A stretch of 63,543 bases of DNA from Aquaticitalea sp. (GTDB taxonomy: Bacteria; Bacteroidota; Bacteroidia; Flavobacteriales; Flavobacteriaceae), in the NCBI GenBank assembly GCA_041748695.1, contig JBGTCT010000040.1:1-63543 (forward strand). The letters run 5' to 3'. The translations under genes were made by a program, and so were the position numbers. Under the pieces are notes generated by a model that worked only from the letters and a program-made list of their open reading frames with translations, was not told where the DNA came from and did not search any database. Shown here one piece after another: positions 1 to 7,840 of this stretch (position 1 is the stretch's first letter; every line of letters starts with the position of its first letter).

Positions 1-224
1 ACTCGATTTTTTACGGGAATACCACTCATATTGTCCTTTTTGGTGGTAAGGCTCGGCTTATTTTCTGGCAGAATAATAACAGGAATAGGCGTTGGAGTTG
101 GCTCTTTTTTTTCTTCTTTACTTTCAACGGCAGGTATCGGAACAGATTTTTGATTACTATCCACTTGCGCGTTAAGCCGGACGGCAAGAAATAAGATACA
201 TATGATGGTAAATTTGATTTTCAT
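1..224 (-). CDS. Secreted hypothetical protein, 5' part only (runs off the window start)
   Basis: Not in the ORF track. ATG at 224 opens MKIKFTIICILFLAVRLNA-QVDSNQKSVPIPAVESKEEKKEPTPTP..., a Sec signal peptide followed by Gln (Bacteroidota Q-rule), with no stop before position 1. Confidence 0.75.
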   Translation of the reverse strand, partial: MKIKFTIICILFLAVRLNAQVDSNQKSVPIPAVESKEEKKEPTPTPIPVIILPENKPSLTTKKDNMSGIPVKNR

Positions 225-314
225 AATAAATCATTGATCAATCTCGATAGTTACAAAAACTATACCTAATGTCGAATCTAACGAATTTAGCTTACTATAA
301 TTTCAAATGAACTG

Positions 315-1829
315 TTAAAACTTTCCATTGAAGCTTAACCGCAATTTCCGATTGTATTCCTCCATCAACCAATCTTTATAATTTTGCGTGCTATTCATTA
401 TGCAATAGGAATACTGTTTGATGCGATAACCAATATCATCTTGCAACAATTGGGTCATGTTCCTTGCCTCTTGAATGGTTTCGCAGTTTTCAATGCAAAT
501 TTGAGAATGTTGCTCAATAGAGCGTTCGATTGCTGTAATAGATTTTAAACCACGGTTTGTGGCGTCTTTGTACTCTGCTTTGATGTCGAAATCAATGTCT
601 TTAGATTTACGGAACCTTCTACGGATAGAATCTGGCATGACATACACAAATTCACGCTCTATATCTTCATCGTTCCGAAGATTATCGAGATACATTTCAG
701 GATATTTAAAGATGTGTTGCCAATCTACCGATTGATTCCAGGGACCAAAACGCACGACATTATTTCCCAAATCCAAAACCAAAAACTTGTTTTTATGTTC
801 CAAAATCCGCGATCCACGACCTATCATTTGAAAATATAAGGTCAGTGACCTTGTGGCTCGATTGAGGATAACTGATTCTACAGTTGGTTCATCAAAACCT
901 GTCGTTAAAATACTTACAGATGTCAAGATGCCATCAGGTGTGTTTTTGAACCATTTTAGAATTTCCTTTCGTTCCTGTTTTCCGCAGGTATTATCTAGAT
1001 GCCGTATGTTGTAACCTGCGCGCTTGAATGTATAATAGACTTCTTTTGAAGTATTAATACCATTATTGAAAATCAAGGTTTTTTTTCCCTTTGACATTTC
1101 TTCGTATGCAAACATCAATTTGCTCAACATATGGGAATTGGTGTAAAGAGCTTCTGATGATTTTACGGTATAATCACCGTTGATACCGATTTTTAAGGTA
1201 TTGAGTTCAACGTCAAAATTATATAATTCGGCTTGCGCCAAAAAACCATTCTTGATTAATGTACTGATATCATCGCCTACAATGAGCTTATTGTAGTTGT
1301 CTTTCATAGGTAGTTTGATATTCGAACTCAATGGCGTTGCAGTAACGCCGAGTATCAAACAATTTTCAAAAAACTTGAAGAGCTTTCGGAATGAATTGTA
1401 ATGTGCTTCATCAATGATAACCAATCCGACGTCGTCGAGTTTCAGTTTTTTATCATTCAAACGATTGTTTAAGGTTTCAACCATCGCTACGAAACATTTG
1501 TATTGATCTTGGTCTGGAAGTTCCTTTACTTTACTATTAATGATTTTATTCTTGACTTCAAAACTAGAAAGCATTTTTGAAGTTTGCTTACACAACTCTA
1601 TACGATGCGTAAGAATAACCACTTTTTTGTCGTGATTTTGAATATAGCGTCTCACTATTTCGGAGAACACCACTGTTTTGCCTCCACCTGTTGGTAATTG
1701 ATATAGTAAGTTAAAATTCTGTTTAGAATTATCGAACACCTCAAAAATACGGTTGAGATCAGCGAGCTGATAATCGTAAAGATTCTTTTTGGTTTGTTGA
1801 TTGTTTTCTATTTCGATAATACCTGACAT
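315..1829 (-). CDS. Superfamily 2 DEAD/DEAH-box helicase (ResIII/YejH-like)
   Basis: Walker A LPTGGGKT, DEAH box, TATP motif III, TTGFD motif V, QMIGRGSR motif VI. Confidence 0.9.
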   Translation of the reverse strand: MSGIIEIENNQQTKKNLYDYQLADLNRIFEVFDNSKQNFNLLYQLPTGGGKTVVFSEIVRRYIQNHDKKVVILTHRIELCKQTSKMLSSFEVKNKIINSKVKELPDQDQYKCFVAMVETLNNRLNDKKLKLDDVGLVIIDEAHYNSFRKLFKFFENCLILGVTATPLSSNIKLPMKDNYNKLIVGDDISTLIKNGFLAQAELYNFDVELNTLKIGINGDYTVKSSEALYTNSHMLSKLMFAYEEMSKGKKTLIFNNGINTSKEVYYTFKRAGYNIRHLDNTCGKQERKEILKWFKNTPDGILTSVSILTTGFDEPTVESVILNRATRSLTLYFQMIGRGSRILEHKNKFLVLDLGNNVVRFGPWNQSVDWQHIFKYPEMYLDNLRNDEDIEREFVYVMPDSIRRRFRKSKDIDFDIKAEYKDATNRGLKSITAIERSIEQHSQICIENCETIQEARNMTQLLQDDIGYRIKQYSYCIMNSTQNYKDWLMEEYNRKLRLSFNGKF

Positions 1830-1858
1830 ATACGTAACTTCTTCAAAAAAAATTCGTA

Positions 1859-1866
1859 CAAAATTA
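1859..1866 (-). promoter_or_regulatory. Bacteroidota housekeeping -7 promoter element for the helicase
   Basis: Minus strand reads TAATTTTG (TAnnTTTG) about 30 nt upstream of the ATG. Confidence 0.55.
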
Positions 1867-1911
1867 AGGTTTTATAAGGGTTATTAAACGCTATTGTTGA
1901 AAAGATTTAAC

Positions 1912-1944
1912 AAAAAAAGAGAAACCTGGGTTGGCTCCTCTTTC
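1912..1944 (-). terminator. Intrinsic terminator of hsp20
   Basis: Minus strand AAGAGGAGCC-aaccca-GGTTTCTCTT (stem with G-U pairs) followed by a T tract. Confidence 0.6.
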
Positions 1945-1972
1945 TGTTTCATCCATTAAAACGATATTTATT

Positions 1973-2452
1973 TTAAGAAACATTGATTCGTTTTGCAGGT
2001 TTTTCTTTGGCTTCTTCCTTTTTAGGAAGATGGATTTTTAGGATGCCATCGATGTATTGAGCCTCTATTTTATCAGATTCTACGGTTTCAGGCAAAGTAA
2101 AGGTTCTTTTAAATGAAGAATAACCAAACTCTTTACGTGTGTAATTTTCTTCATTGGTTTCACGTTCCTCTTTGCTTTCTGAAGAAATAGACAGAACTTT
2201 ATTCTCAACATCAATATCAAAATCAGATTTTTTCATTCCTGGGACAGCTATTTCCAAAAAGTATTCATTTTTGTTCTCTTTGATATTCACTGCCGGAAGG
2301 GTCATTCCAGTATTAAAATTGGAAAGAAAACCTGTTCCTAATCCACTTTCAAATAAGTCGTCAACCCAAGATGATAAACCTGGTATAGACGGTCTGTTTC
2401 GTTTTACGGAAACGTCGTTGCCATTTTTTGGCATTGTCACTAAAGTTGTCAT
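1973..2452 (-). CDS. Hsp20/alpha-crystallin small heat-shock protein
   Basis: PAVNIKE, EIAVPG, F.RTFTLP, Y.DGILKIHLPK and C-terminal I-N-V motif. Confidence 0.95.
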   Translation of the reverse strand: MTTLVTMPKNGNDVSVKRNRPSIPGLSSWVDDLFESGLGTGFLSNFNTGMTLPAVNIKENKNEYFLEIAVPGMKKSDFDIDVENKVLSISSESKEERETNEENYTRKEFGYSSFKRTFTLPETVESDKIEAQYIDGILKIHLPKKEEAKEKPAKRINVS

Positions 2453-2497
2453 AGTAAATCAAATTTTTAAGTTAAACTTTATTTTGATACAATAGTT

Positions 2498-2512
2498 TCA
2501 AAAAAAATACCA
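2498..2512 (-). promoter_or_regulatory. Sigma54-like (-24/-12) promoter of hsp20
   Basis: Minus strand TGGTAT-N5-TTGA, with the GG..TTG spacing of TGGCAC-N5-TTGC. Confidence 0.45.
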
Positions 2513-2653
2513 AAGCTATTTTTTTGATAATAAACTGACATATTTTCAATGAGTATCGGTCAAATTGACATTTTGATACTTCTTATACTCTATTGAAAAC
2601 AACTAGATTAACTGTTAAAATATGTTAAATCATTACTTTGTATTGCAAGGTAC

Positions 2654-2680
2654 TGTAACAAATAATTTAATGTATCGTCT
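2654..2680 (+). promoter_or_regulatory. ECF-sigma-type promoter upstream of the small-peptide array
   Basis: TGTAAC (2654-2659), 16-nt spacer, CGTCT (2676-2680); matches the AAC/CGT ECF pattern, 42 nt before the first ATG. Confidence 0.6.
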
Positions 2681-2722
2681 ATCTTATATAAACAAACATT
2701 AACCAACAAAAATTTAGAAATT

Positions 2723-2812
2723 ATGAGAACTTTAAACAACAACAATCTGACTCAAACTATGTTACAAACTAAAAGCCATACATGGAACAGTAAAAGACGT
2801 TTCAAAAATTAA
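2723..2812 (+). CDS. 29-aa peptide A, MRTLNNNNLTQTMLQTKSHTWNSKRRFKN (function unknown)
   Basis: A-rich initiation region; 20/29 identical to the next ORF, with 8 synonymous codon differences. Confidence 0.8.
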   Translation: MRTLNNNNLTQTMLQTKSHTWNSKRRFKN

Positions 2813-2849
2813 CAAATAAAAAATTATCAATCAAAAAAATATAGAAATC

Positions 2850-2939
2850 ATGAGAACTTTAAACAATAACAAATTGACAGGAACATTTCACAATACAAAA
2901 AGTGAATCCTGGAACAGCAAAAGACGTTATTTAAACTAA
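2850..2939 (+). CDS. 29-aa peptide B, MRTLNNNKLTGTFHNTKSESWNSKRRYLN (paralogue of A)
   Basis: Same length as A, ungapped alignment, conserved MRTLNNN and WNSKRR, similar 5' context (tagaaatYATG). Confidence 0.8.
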   Translation: MRTLNNNKLTGTFHNTKSESWNSKRRYLN

Positions 2940-2978
2940 CGTACTTATTATCATCAATCAACATTAAAATCAATTACA

Positions 2979-3062
2979 ATGAAAACTTTATCAAAAATCA
3001 TCGATTCAACCAATAGTATGAATGATGATACAGACAACCATCGATTATTTATCTGTCTGTAA
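2979..3062 (+). CDS. 27-aa peptide C, MKTLSKIIDSTNSMNDDTDNHRLFICL (function unknown)
   Basis: M(R/K)TL start shared with A and B, A-rich leader, near-identical spacing (129 nt), ends just before the terminator. Confidence 0.6.
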   Translation: MKTLSKIIDSTNSMNDDTDNHRLFICL

Positions 3063-3091
3063 ATCAAAACTAATCAATCAAAAAACCTTTT

Positions 3092-3125
3092 AACTGGCAA
3101 GCTCATCACTTGTCAGTTTTTTTTT
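3092..3125 (+). terminator. Intrinsic terminator closing the peptide array
   Basis: AACTGGCAAG-ctcatca-CTTGTCAGTT stem (one G-U) followed by a T run. Confidence 0.75.
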
Positions 3126-3139
3126 GGCATTCTATTTGT
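3125..3139 (+). promoter_or_regulatory. Sigma54-like promoter of exbD
   Basis: TGGCAT-N5-TTGT, 33 nt upstream of the ATG. Confidence 0.45.
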
Positions 3140-3172
3140 GATTTCTTTAACATATCTTAAAAACTTCACAAC

Positions 3173-3733
3173 ATGAAAAATTCAAGACACAGTGCTCCGC
3201 AAGTAAATGCTGGCTCCATGGCCGACATCGCTTTTTTATTGCTGATTTTCTTTTTGGTAAGCACAACCATTTCTGCCGATAAAGGAATTAATAGAAGACT
3301 CCCAGAAAATTGTCCTCAAGGAACAGATTGCTCTGCGGAAATTAAAGAACGGAATATTTTGAGAATTGCCATCAACGCAAATGACGAATTGATGGTTGAG
3401 GATGATATTATTTCAATAAAGGATTTGAAGTCTCTGACCAAAGCTTTTTTGGATAATAATGGGGATACAACCTGTGATTATTGCAATGGTAAGAGTGACC
3501 CAAAATCATCTGACCATCCAGTAAAGGCTGTTATTTCATTGCATAATGACCAACAAACATCTTACGACATTTATATAGCTATTCAGGATATTCTAACCCA
3601 GGCATATTATGAACTTCGTGAGGACTATACAAAAAATAGTTTGGGTAAAACGCCTCGTGAATTGACTGAAGAAGACTTAAAGTTGTTAAAAAAGGCATAT
3701 CCTTTCATTATTTCTGAAGCGGAAATAAAATAA
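3173..3733 (+). CDS. exbD: ExbD/TolR family biopolymer transport protein
   Basis: NAGSMADIAFLLLIFFLV transmembrane motif with the essential Asp; Bacteroidota-type C-terminus YPFIISEAE. Confidence 0.9.
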   Translation: MKNSRHSAPQVNAGSMADIAFLLLIFFLVSTTISADKGINRRLPENCPQGTDCSAEIKERNILRIAINANDELMVEDDIISIKDLKSLTKAFLDNNGDTTCDYCNGKSDPKSSDHPVKAVISLHNDQQTSYDIYIAIQDILTQAYYELREDYTKNSLGKTPRELTEEDLKLLKKAYPFIISEAEIK

Positions 3734-3750
3734 AATAGTTTTGTAATAAT

Positions 3751-3783
3751 AAAAGCCGGGAACTTTTTAAGCTCCCGGCTTTT
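3751..3783. terminator. Bidirectional terminator between exbD and the S9 peptidase
   Basis: AAAAGCCGGGA...TCCCGGCTTTT inverted repeat between convergent genes. Confidence 0.85.
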
Positions 3784-3801
3784 ATAAATATATAAATACC
3801 T

Positions 3802-5961
3802 TTAATTTTTTTGCTCTAAATCTAATAAAAAGGCATACATCAATGCTATCCGTTTATATCTTTCAAATCGGCCAGAGGCACCGCCATGACCAGTTTCCAT
3901 GTTGCAATCCATGATCAATACATTGTCATCAGTTTTTAATTCACGTAGTTTGGCCACCCATTTGGCAGGTTCCCAATATTGTACTTGACTGTCCCAATAA
4001 CCTGTAGTTACCAACATGTTCGGGTATGCTTTTGCCTCTACATTGTCGTATGGAGAATACGATTTCATATAGTCATAAGATTCTTTTTGTTTTGGATTTC
4101 CCCACTCATCAAATTCAAAAGTTGTTAAAGGAATTGTTTCATCCAACATCGTGGACACTACATCCACAAAAGGTACAGCTGCAATGACACCATGAAATAA
4201 ATCTGGTCTTATGTTCACCACAGCACCAATTAGCAATCCACCAGCACTTCCGCCCATAGCATACATATGGTTTGAACTTGTGTATCCTTGAGTTACCAAA
4301 AACTCACCACAATTAATAAAATCTGTAAAGGTGTTTTTCTTTTTTAACAATTTTCCGTTTTCATACCAATCACGGCCCATTTCCTGTCCTCCTCGTATGT
4401 GCGCGATGGCATAAATAAATCCTCTGTCCAACAAACTCAATATATCCGACTTAAAATTGGCTTCTTGAATGCTTCCGTAAGAACCATAACCATATAGTAG
4501 CAAAGGATTTTCCCCATTTTTGGCAACACCATTTTTGTAAACAAGTGAAATTGGAATTTTGGTACCATCTGTAGCGGTGGCAAATAAACGCTCGGATGTG
4601 TAGTTGTCTGACGAAAAATTGCCACCGACCACTTCATCTTGCTTTAGTAATTTCTGCTCTTTGGTCTCCATATTAAACTCGTAAGTACTCATAGGAGTGG
4701 TCAGTGATGTATATGAATAGCGGAGTATATTGGTATCAAAATCCAAGTTGCCTGAAGTGTAGGCCAAATAACTAGGGTCGTTAAATTTGAGATAATAATC
4801 GGTTGATTTATCCCAAGTCAGAACTCTAATTTCGCTTAAGCCATTTTTGCGCTCTGTAATTACTAAATTCTTATTAAAAAGCTCATAACCTTGAAAAAAA
4901 ACATCATTACGATGTGCAATTACATCTATCCAATTACTTTTTGAAGTTGCGTTTATTGGAGTTTTTACGAGTTTAAAATTTTTAGCATTGAGGTTGGTTC
5001 TAATGTAAAAATCTGGGCCAAAATGATCTACGCTATATTCCAAATTTGCTTCCCGGGGTTGAATGATTTTTGGTATTGCGTTTGGTGTGCTGGCATCCAA
5101 AAAACGATATTCGGAAGAAAGTGTTTGGCTACTTCCTATCATAATGTAGGAATTCGATTTTGTTTTGTATACAAATGTGTTGAAGGTTTCATCCGTTTCT
5201 TCAAATACCAAAACATCTTTCGATTGCTCTGTCCCAATTTTGTGTTTAAAGATTTTATTTTGACGTAAGGTCTGTTCATCTTTTGTTCCATAAAAAATCG
5301 TTTTGTTGTCATTGGCCCAAACCGCTCCACCACTAGTATTTTCTAATTGATCTGGAAGAATCTCGCCAGTTTTTAAATTTTTGAAATACAAGGTGTATTG
5401 TCTTCTCGAAATGGTATCAATGCCATAAACCAACATAGTATTATCAGGACTTACTGCCTGCCCTCCTATTCCATAGTAGGAATATCCTTTTGCCATTTCC
5501 GGACCATTTAACATGATCTCTTCCTGGTTGCGATTAATAGCCTTACGACAATAATAAGGATAATCATTTCCTTCTTCATAACGCGTATAATATTCATATC
5601 CATTATCTTTCACAGGTACCGAAGCATCGTCTTTTTTAATGCGTCCCACAATTTCATTGTACAAGGTATCTTGAAGTTTTTTGGTATGGTTCATGACTTT
5701 GTCCAAATAGTCATTTTCGGCTTTAAGGTAATTAACTACGTCTTGGGTTTGAGAATCAAGCGTTTTAGCGTTTTTCTGGGCATCACTCAACCGCATCCAA
5801 AAATAATCATCTGTTCGTATGTCGCCATGATATTCTAGCTCTTTGGCTATTTTTTTGGCCTTTGGGGCGTCAAGAACCAATTGTTCTTTTTTGTCTTCGT
5901 TGGTTTTGCAACCTGTCAATAAAAATGCAATGGAAATGGCAAAATAAAGTGTTTGTTTCAT
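3802..5961 (-). CDS. ptrB: Oligopeptidase B (S9A), lipoprotein
   Basis: LTGC lipobox; DDYFWMR, YGYGSYG, HIRGG, GGSAGG nucleophile, DSQV, GHGG; TTFEFDEWGNP. Confidence 0.9.
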   Translation of the reverse strand: MKQTLYFAISIAFLLTGCKTNEDKKEQLVLDAPKAKKIAKELEYHGDIRTDDYFWMRLSDAQKNAKTLDSQTQDVVNYLKAENDYLDKVMNHTKKLQDTLYNEIVGRIKKDDASVPVKDNGYEYYTRYEEGNDYPYYCRKAINRNQEEIMLNGPEMAKGYSYYGIGGQAVSPDNTMLVYGIDTISRRQYTLYFKNLKTGEILPDQLENTSGGAVWANDNKTIFYGTKDEQTLRQNKIFKHKIGTEQSKDVLVFEETDETFNTFVYKTKSNSYIMIGSSQTLSSEYRFLDASTPNAIPKIIQPREANLEYSVDHFGPDFYIRTNLNAKNFKLVKTPINATSKSNWIDVIAHRNDVFFQGYELFNKNLVITERKNGLSEIRVLTWDKSTDYYLKFNDPSYLAYTSGNLDFDTNILRYSYTSLTTPMSTYEFNMETKEQKLLKQDEVVGGNFSSDNYTSERLFATATDGTKIPISLVYKNGVAKNGENPLLLYGYGSYGSIQEANFKSDILSLLDRGFIYAIAHIRGGQEMGRDWYENGKLLKKKNTFTDFINCGEFLVTQGYTSSNHMYAMGGSAGGLLIGAVVNIRPDLFHGVIAAVPFVDVVSTMLDETIPLTTFEFDEWGNPKQKESYDYMKSYSPYDNVEAKAYPNMLVTTGYWDSQVQYWEPAKWVAKLRELKTDDNVLIMDCNMETGHGGASGRFERYKRIALMYAFLLDLEQKN

Positions 5962-5963
5962 AT

Positions 5964-6404
5964 TTATTCAGTTAGTTTGTTTGATTTATTCTTGGATTCT
6001 TTGACTTCGATTCTATAATCAATGTTAACTTTTCTTCTTCCCCATTGTCTTGCCGCCACAACATCAGTACCCATGTAGATATCAATTCGATTTTTCCATT
6101 GATTAGGCATTCTATCCTTTACCAAATATAGCCCTTTAAAACCTTCGATTCGAACTGGTGCATTATGTTTTAATCCTTTTCTATACAAATCCCTTGAAAC
6201 AGCTATATATTTCATGCCAGGTTTGAGACTGTCTCCAAAGGCACCAATAGTGGGATTTTTGTCTGTTTGACTTTTAGTCGAGTTGTAGGCCGTTGCTGTT
6301 ACCGTTAGGGTTTCCCAAGCATATTTGCGTTCTAATTCATTTGTTGTAGAATCACAACTAAATAAGAAAACAAATATAATCAAACTGATAAATAGAAGCT
6401 TCAT
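5964..6404 (-). CDS. 3D-domain lipoprotein (MltA-like, peptidoglycan-related)
   Basis: LFSC lipobox; VTATAY, IAVSRD, VKDR and RIDIYM three-Asp pattern. Confidence 0.85.
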   Translation of the reverse strand: MKLLFISLIIFVFLFSCDSTTNELERKYAWETLTVTATAYNSTKSQTDKNPTIGAFGDSLKPGMKYIAVSRDLYRKGLKHNAPVRIEGFKGLYLVKDRMPNQWKNRIDIYMGTDVVAARQWGRRKVNIDYRIEVKESKNKSNKLTE

Positions 6405-6492
6405 ATGACTTGGTTGGAGATTAAATATACAATTTAAACCAATATCTTGAGCTTTTTTGTAACTTGACGCTTACAAATCAACATTTCAAAAT

Positions 6493-7803
6493 ATGAAAAC
6501 AATTCTCGGTTCATTACTTTTAATACTCCTTATGATGTCATGTAAAAAAGATTCAAAATCTAGTGATTCCGCAGCAGCGACAAAAGATTCTATTGCGCTT
6601 GTAGAACGCGCCAAAATTATTCACGAACGTATCATTACGCTTGATACCCATTGCGATATCAACATTAAAAATTTTACGGATAGTATCAACTACACGCAAA
6701 ACCTCGATTCGCAGCTCAATTTACCAAAAATGAATGCAGGTGGTCTCGATGTGGCATGGTTAATTGTGTATACGGGTCAAGATACCTTAACCGATGCAGG
6801 TTATAAAAAAGCATATGCGAATGCAATCTCTAAATTTGACGCCATCCATAAATTGTGTGAAGAAATAGCTCCAAATGATATTGAATTGGCACTTACTTCC
6901 GATGATGTACGGCGAATTGTGAAATCTGGTAAAAAGGTTGCCATGATTGGAATTGAGAATGGTTATCCTGTAGGGAAGGATATCAAGAATCTTAAAAAGT
7001 TTTACAATCTAGGTGGTCGTTATATGTCCTTGTCACATAACGGACACAGCCAATTGAGCGATAGCAATACTGGCGAAGAGGATGACATTTGGCTACATAA
7101 CGGTTTAAGTGAATTTGGCAAAGAAGTGGTTCGTGAAATGAACCGTTTGGGAATGATGATTGACGTGTCGCATCCTTCCAAAGAAGCCATGAAACAGATG
7201 ATTGAATTGAGCAGAGCACCACTGATTGCCTCCCACTCCTCCGCTCGTGCCTTGTGTGATCACAGTCGTAATCTAGATGATGAACAGTTAGGATGGATAA
7301 AAGAAAATGGTGGCGTGGTACAGACTGTTGCATTTTCGTCTTATTTGAATACAGAAAAACATGAAAAGCGAGTGGCTTTCGAAAAAGAAATCAGTCTTAA
7401 AATAATGGATTCGATGAATGTTGCCTATTTGGAACGAGATGATATCAAACAACTGACCGATGAGGAACGTGAAGCTTATTATGAAGTTTTGAAAAAAGTA
7501 AAACCTTTGACCACTGCTAAAATGTTAACTATGGATGATGTGCCTCCTGCCGTGAATGTTGAAGATTTTGTAGATCATATCGATTATTTAGTTAAAACCA
7601 TAGGTATCAAACATGTTGGCATCAGTAGTGATTTTGATGGAGGTGGCGGCATTGAAGGTTGGCGCGATGCTTCCGAGACTTTTAATGTGACTTTGGAATT
7701 GGTTAGACGAGGTTATACAGAAGAAGACATAGAAATGTTGTGGAGTGGTAATTTATTGCGAGTCCTGGATGAAGTACAAGCATTAGCTGATACGACTATA
7801 TAG
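6493..7803 (+). CDS. Membrane dipeptidase (M19), lipoprotein
   Basis: MMSC lipobox; DTHCD, IGIEN, IDVSH, ASHSS, HSRNLDD, SDFDG. Confidence 0.92.
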   Translation: MKTILGSLLLILLMMSCKKDSKSSDSAAATKDSIALVERAKIIHERIITLDTHCDINIKNFTDSINYTQNLDSQLNLPKMNAGGLDVAWLIVYTGQDTLTDAGYKKAYANAISKFDAIHKLCEEIAPNDIELALTSDDVRRIVKSGKKVAMIGIENGYPVGKDIKNLKKFYNLGGRYMSLSHNGHSQLSDSNTGEEDDIWLHNGLSEFGKEVVREMNRLGMMIDVSHPSKEAMKQMIELSRAPLIASHSSARALCDHSRNLDDEQLGWIKENGGVVQTVAFSSYLNTEKHEKRVAFEKEISLKIMDSMNVAYLERDDIKQLTDEEREAYYEVLKKVKPLTTAKMLTMDDVPPAVNVEDFVDHIDYLVKTIGIKHVGISSDFDGGGGIEGWRDASETFNVTLELVRRGYTEEDIEMLWSGNLLRVLDEVQALADTTI

Positions 7804-7840
7804 TTTTAAAGATAAAATTGAAATTAGTTTTAATTCAAAA

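Noticed and set aside
315-1829. Helicase as a restriction or anti-phage component
   Set aside because: No nuclease domain, methyltransferase or neighbouring defence genes are visible; it has a housekeeping-type promoter.
2700-3081. Periodic region read as a CRISPR array
   Set aside because: Units of about 127 nt differ mostly at synonymous positions, there is no constant repeat with unique spacers, and no cas genes.
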